Below are positions 60,490 through 64,000 of a DNA stretch of 64,000 nt, piece by piece. The notes under the pieces are model-generated. The model was not told the origin of the DNA. It worked only from the letters and a program-made list of their open reading frames with translations, and did no database searches. Numbering within the stretch: position 1 is the first letter of the stretch; each line of letters opens with the position of its first letter. This DNA is from a virus: the IMG/VR virus record IMGVR_UViG_3300042387_002331; one strand, written 5' to 3'. The position numbers and the translations under genes were made by a program.

Positions 60490-60827
60490 TGATAACAAGA
60501 ATACCTTTTCAGTGGAACACAGCTAATTTTAATTGGGATGCAACAAATCCAACAGATGGAAAAGTGTATCCTACTTATGAAAGAGTAACAGGAACAAATC
60601 TTTGGAATGATTGTGCTTTAATAATTGAAATCATAGGAAAAACTCACCCTGATGAATTTCTAAACCAAAACCCTGAAAAGAAAAAACAATTTATAAAACT
60701 CCTTTGCAAAGTTCAGGGAAAAGAATATAAAGAAACTAAAGAGGTACATAAAACCAAAATATTTATACGAGATATAAAACTAGTTGCTAAAGAAGTACTA
60801 GGAGTAGATGTAAAAATTAACAAATAA
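60489..60827 (+). CDS. Hypothetical protein
   Basis: Stop/start-coupled ORF. Confidence 0.55.
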   Translation: MITRIPFQWNTANFNWDATNPTDGKVYPTYERVTGTNLWNDCALIIEIIGKTHPDEFLNQNPEKKKQFIKLLCKVQGKEYKETKEVHKTKIFIRDIKLVAKEVLGVDVKINK

Positions 60828-61372
60828 TGTATACTTTATACACAGATAAACAAGAACTTTTTGAGTGCTCTATATCATTAGAGGGTGCTTCGGTTAAAAA
60901 CAGTAAAGTTCGCTTAGTAGTAGAAGCAGATAATTTAAATCTTTTATTTAAAGGAACCATTGACTCTAGTGGAAAATGTACCGTTCCTATCCGCAAACTA
61001 AAAAATCTTTTAGAAGAATCAACAAAAGGTAAAATAAGACTTGAGGTTATAGCAGACGATACGTATTTTACACCATGGGAATCTGATTTTGAAGTAGAAA
61101 CTGCCAAAAAAGTAACCGTGGAAGTAAAATCACAAGCAAACAAAAACACACTTACTGAAAATAAAACGGGAGTTACCGTTAAAAATATTAAAGTAGGTGA
61201 TCATGTTCAAAACATATCAAGAATGCTTGTAAAAGAAAACATTAATGTAAGTAATATGTCAAAAAATAAAGACAAATTAAACAACATTATAGCTTCCTAT
61301 TTGAAAACAAACAAAATCAGTGATGGTGAAAAAGGCAGAATAATAGAAGGTATTATCCAAATATTAATTTAA
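60827..61372 (+). CDS. Hypothetical protein
   Basis: Stop/start-coupled ORF; LEVIADDTYFTPW. Confidence 0.55.
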   Translation: MYTLYTDKQELFECSISLEGASVKNSKVRLVVEADNLNLLFKGTIDSSGKCTVPIRKLKNLLEESTKGKIRLEVIADDTYFTPWESDFEVETAKKVTVEVKSQANKNTLTENKTGVTVKNIKVGDHVQNISRMLVKENINVSNMSKNKDKLNNIIASYLKTNKISDGEKGRIIEGIIQILI

Positions 61373-61380
61373 AATAAGTT

Positions 61381-61629
61381 ATGGCAGGACCTTTTGATTT
61401 TACAGGTCAGAATATAGAAACAACATATCAAAGGGTTCTTCAAACCGATGGACAATTTGTGTATGACGGAACAGGCTCCACAGTTCCTATTAATTTAGAT
61501 TCAGCTTCATTTGCAACTACAGGTTCAAATATTTTTATTGGAGACCAAATAGTAACAGGAAGTATTTCAGTTACAAACTCCGTGACTGCCTCCTACTTTG
61601 TTGGTATTATAGACGGAGGCACTTTTTAA
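61381..61629 (+). CDS. Small virion protein ending IDGGTF
   Basis: FATTGSNIFIGDQIVTGS fibre-type motif. Confidence 0.55.
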   Translation: MAGPFDFTGQNIETTYQRVLQTDGQFVYDGTGSTVPINLDSASFATTGSNIFIGDQIVTGSISVTNSVTASYFVGIIDGGTF

Positions 61630-61641
61630 TATTTATAAATA

Positions 61642-64000
61642 ATGAGCACAATAATAACTAGAAATAGCACAAATTCAGGAAGTACACCTTCTGTACTTGT
61701 ACAAGGTGAACTAGCAATTAATGTAACTGATGGACGTTTATTTTATGGTTCAGGTTCTGGAAACGTTGTAAAAGAATTTGGAGTAACGTCTTCATATGCT
61801 TTACAAGCTTTAAGTTCCTCATATGCTGAAACAGCTTCATATGCCCCAGCATATTTACCTTTAACAGGAGGTACAATAAATGGAGATGTAATAGTAAATG
61901 GTACTGCATCAATTGCGTTTTTAAACGTATCCTATGAATCTGCTTCTGTAATATATTCAAGTGGCTCAAATCAGTTTGGAGACGCTTCAAATGACGTTCA
62001 AACGCTTTACGGAACCGTAGATATAAAAACAGGACCTGTTTTAGTAACAGGATCTTTAGATGTATCTGGAGGAATAACAGGAAGTTTACTTGGAACTGCT
62101 TCATATGCTGCTCAAGCTTTATCAAGTTCATATGCCTTAAGTGCTTCACATGCTGATCATGCTACAAGTGCTTCATATGCCTTAACAGCATCTTATGTTA
62201 ACCCATTACACCAAATTGTTCAAATAACTGGATCTTTAAATTCAACAGGGTCTAATAATTTTTATGGAAATACTACTATTAACGGAGGATTAATAATATC
62301 TGGAGCTTATCTTCCTTTAGGTTTAGCCTCATCTTCTGTATTTTTTCATGCAAATCCAACATTTGATGGATTTTTAAAACTCAACCCAGTAAATGTAGTC
62401 CCAGACACTACAGTATCAGCTTCTTATATTTTTACTTCGGGTTCAACCCAAGATTTATATTTTTCTCAAAACAGTAACGGATATAGTAATGTAATACGTT
62501 TGCGTTGGTTAGAAGGTAATATCTATACAGGAATTTTAACTGGAGGTGTTGTTAGTGGAAGTGTAGGGGGCACTACATTTAATGTAAGTAGTGGTAGTGG
62601 CATAATAGTTACTTTAAATGCTACTACGGCTAGTATTGAACCTTATCCTACAGTTAACTATGTTCAATGGCCCTCATATACTAATGTTACTCCAACATAT
62701 TTGAATACCCATGACACAACGTGGCTTCTTATAAACAATTCAGGTAGTTTAATTCAACAAACTGATGCTCCAACTAATGGGCAATTTGATAATTTTATTC
62801 AAATTGGATCTCTAGTTCACCCTAATTTATCTACTATAAGTCTGTATAAAACTTTTACAGTAACTTCTTATGGCATTGCACAACAAACATATGAATTCAT
62901 TAGATCATTTGGTGGAATAAAAATTTCAGGCCATACTATATCTCCTAGTGGCTCTAGTTTATATGTTAATAGATCATCAGGTGTAGCATTTTCTTTAGGT
63001 AGAAATTATGTAAATAATGCTAATAAACCATCCTATGTACCTGATGCAGCATATAATTCACCATTAATATTTAAATATTATCTTTCAGGATCTACATTCG
63101 TTACTACAACAGGAAGTGTAATAGACCCAACCCAATATAATACACCTACTACCCCAACAGGCTTATCTCCTGTTCCAGGAGGACTTTATTCAATACAACG
63201 AATATTTTATTTTCCTAACCAACCTAATATATTAGGAGTTTATTATGGAAGATCTACGTATAATTCTATTTCAAATGCATTAGCTAATTTACCATACGAA
63301 GATTTTCAAGAAAATAATAACACATTAACCCAAGCAATATTTTGTGCTTATTTAATAGTAAAAAGTGGTACTTCTGATTTATCTAATACAACAGATGCTA
63401 AATTTATCCAAGCTGGTACTTTTAGAAATACTACAACTGGAGGAGGAGGTTCTACTGTAGCTAGTTTAGATGATTTATCCGATGTTAGTATTTCTTCTCC
63501 ACTTAATGGAGACTTATTAGCATATAATGGAGTTTCCTGGGTAAATACAAAAAATACTACAGGTTCATATAATATTAATGGTAATATAACTGCAAATTCA
63601 TTTACGGGATCTTTACAAGGTATAGCAACTACTGCTAGTTACGTTCAAACGGCTCAAACCGCTTCATACGTTTTAAATGCTGTAAGTTCATCATATGCTA
63701 CTCAAGCATTATCAAGTTCATATGCTTTAACAGCATCATATTCCGATACTTCAACAAGTGCATCATATGCATTGTCCGCTTCATATGCACCAAGCACACC
63801 CGCATTTCCTTATACAGGTTCTGCAGAAATTACAGGTTCATTAGGAGTAACAGGCTCATTTAGTACACAAACATTTGACGGATTAACATATGTTCCTGCT
63901 ATATCAATTAGTGATTTTTCTAGAACCATATATGATGTAATGGGCACTAGCAGCTTTGATGCTGATGCTAGAGATTTATATGATAGTACTACTGTTAATA
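61642..64000 (+). CDS. Long tail-fibre-like protein, 3'-truncated by the window edge (not in the ORF track)
   Basis: Starts MSTIITRNSTNSGSTPSVLVQGELAINVTDGRLFYG and reads open to the window end where I checked; SSYA/TASY and TGS repeats; late promoter at 61629. Confidence 0.8.
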   Translation, partial: MSTIITRNSTNSGSTPSVLVQGELAINVTDGRLFYGSGSGNVVKEFGVTSSYALQALSSSYAETASYAPAYLPLTGGTINGDVIVNGTASIAFLNVSYESASVIYSSGSNQFGDASNDVQTLYGTVDIKTGPVLVTGSLDVSGGITGSLLGTASYAAQALSSSYALSASHADHATSASYALTASYVNPLHQIVQITGSLNSTGSNNFYGNTTINGGLIISGAYLPLGLASSSVFFHANPTFDGFLKLNPVNVVPDTTVSASYIFTSGSTQDLYFSQNSNGYSNVIRLRWLEGNIYTGILTGGVVSGSVGGTTFNVSSGSGIIVTLNATTASIEPYPTVNYVQWPSYTNVTPTYLNTHDTTWLLINNSGSLIQQTDAPTNGQFDNFIQIGSLVHPNLSTISLYKTFTVTSYGIAQQTYEFIRSFGGIKISGHTISPSGSSLYVNRSSGVAFSLGRNYVNNANKPSYVPDAAYNSPLIFKYYLSGSTFVTTTGSVIDPTQYNTPTTPTGLSPVPGGLYSIQRIFYFPNQPNILGVYYGRSTYNSISNALANLPYEDFQENNNTLTQAIFCAYLIVKSGTSDLSNTTDAKFIQAGTFRNTTTGGGGSTVASLDDLSDVSISSPLNGDLLAYNGVSWVNTKNTTGSYNINGNITANSFTGSLQGIATTASYVQTAQTASYVLNAVSSSYATQALSSSYALTASYSDTSTSASYALSASYAPSTPAFPYTGSAEITGSLGVTGSFSTQTFDGLTYVPAISISDFSRTIYDVMGTSSFDADARDLYDSTTVN

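Noticed and set aside
5332-62149. Many short alternative-frame and antisense ORFs in the track (e.g. 6275-6622, 9339-9755, 15773-16132, 25767-26162, 41567-42097, 61718-62149)
   Set aside because: They are shadows of strongly supported + strand genes. The HMLK repeats are just the +1 frame of SHAEG.
1-64000. Stop-codon reassignment, introns/inteins, tRNAs or rRNA
   Set aside because: Core genes are intact in code 11, and TAG and TGA both act as stops. No intein or homing endonuclease motifs were seen in terminase, helicase or RNR. No intergenic space with a cloverleaf was recognised.

Overview
A 64-kb, AT-rich segment of a large tailed dsDNA phage with a T4-like (contractile-tail) morphogenesis module. 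Almost all genes are on the + strand. The host is probably Bacteroidota: the window encodes a T9SS type-B cargo protein, signal peptides are cleaved before Gln, starts lack Shine-Dalgarno motifs, and there are TTG-N~20-TAnnTT promoters. Gene order: FAD oxidoreductase, P-loop kinase, terminase, portal, prohead protease, scaffold, major capsid, PhoH, duplicated SHAEG-repeat fibres, neck, an accessory island (NG-domain proteins, long coiled-coil fibre, DUF2827-like protein, J-domain protein), tail terminator, two sheath paralogues, tube, SprB-like T9SS cargo, chaperones, tape measure, baseplate, a short family-A DNA polymerase, SSB, RecA, 5'-3' exonuclease, DnaB, class I RNR, a lysis cassette and the start of another fibre cluster. 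Two promoter classes are visible directly in the DNA: ATAT(T/G)TATA before about 22 structural/lysis genes, and a Bacteroidota sigma70-like motif with a fixed 19-nt spacer before 5 non-structural genes. The most interesting candidates are (1) a late-expressed DUF2827/J-domain operon that may glycosylate virion fibres, (2) a host-promoter-driven SprB-like T9SS cargo inserted in the tail operon, (3) a transmembrane-like segment in the capsid scaffold, and (4) a non-canonical (+1/-2) tail-chaperone frameshift. All family assignments come from motif recognition by eye; no searches were run.
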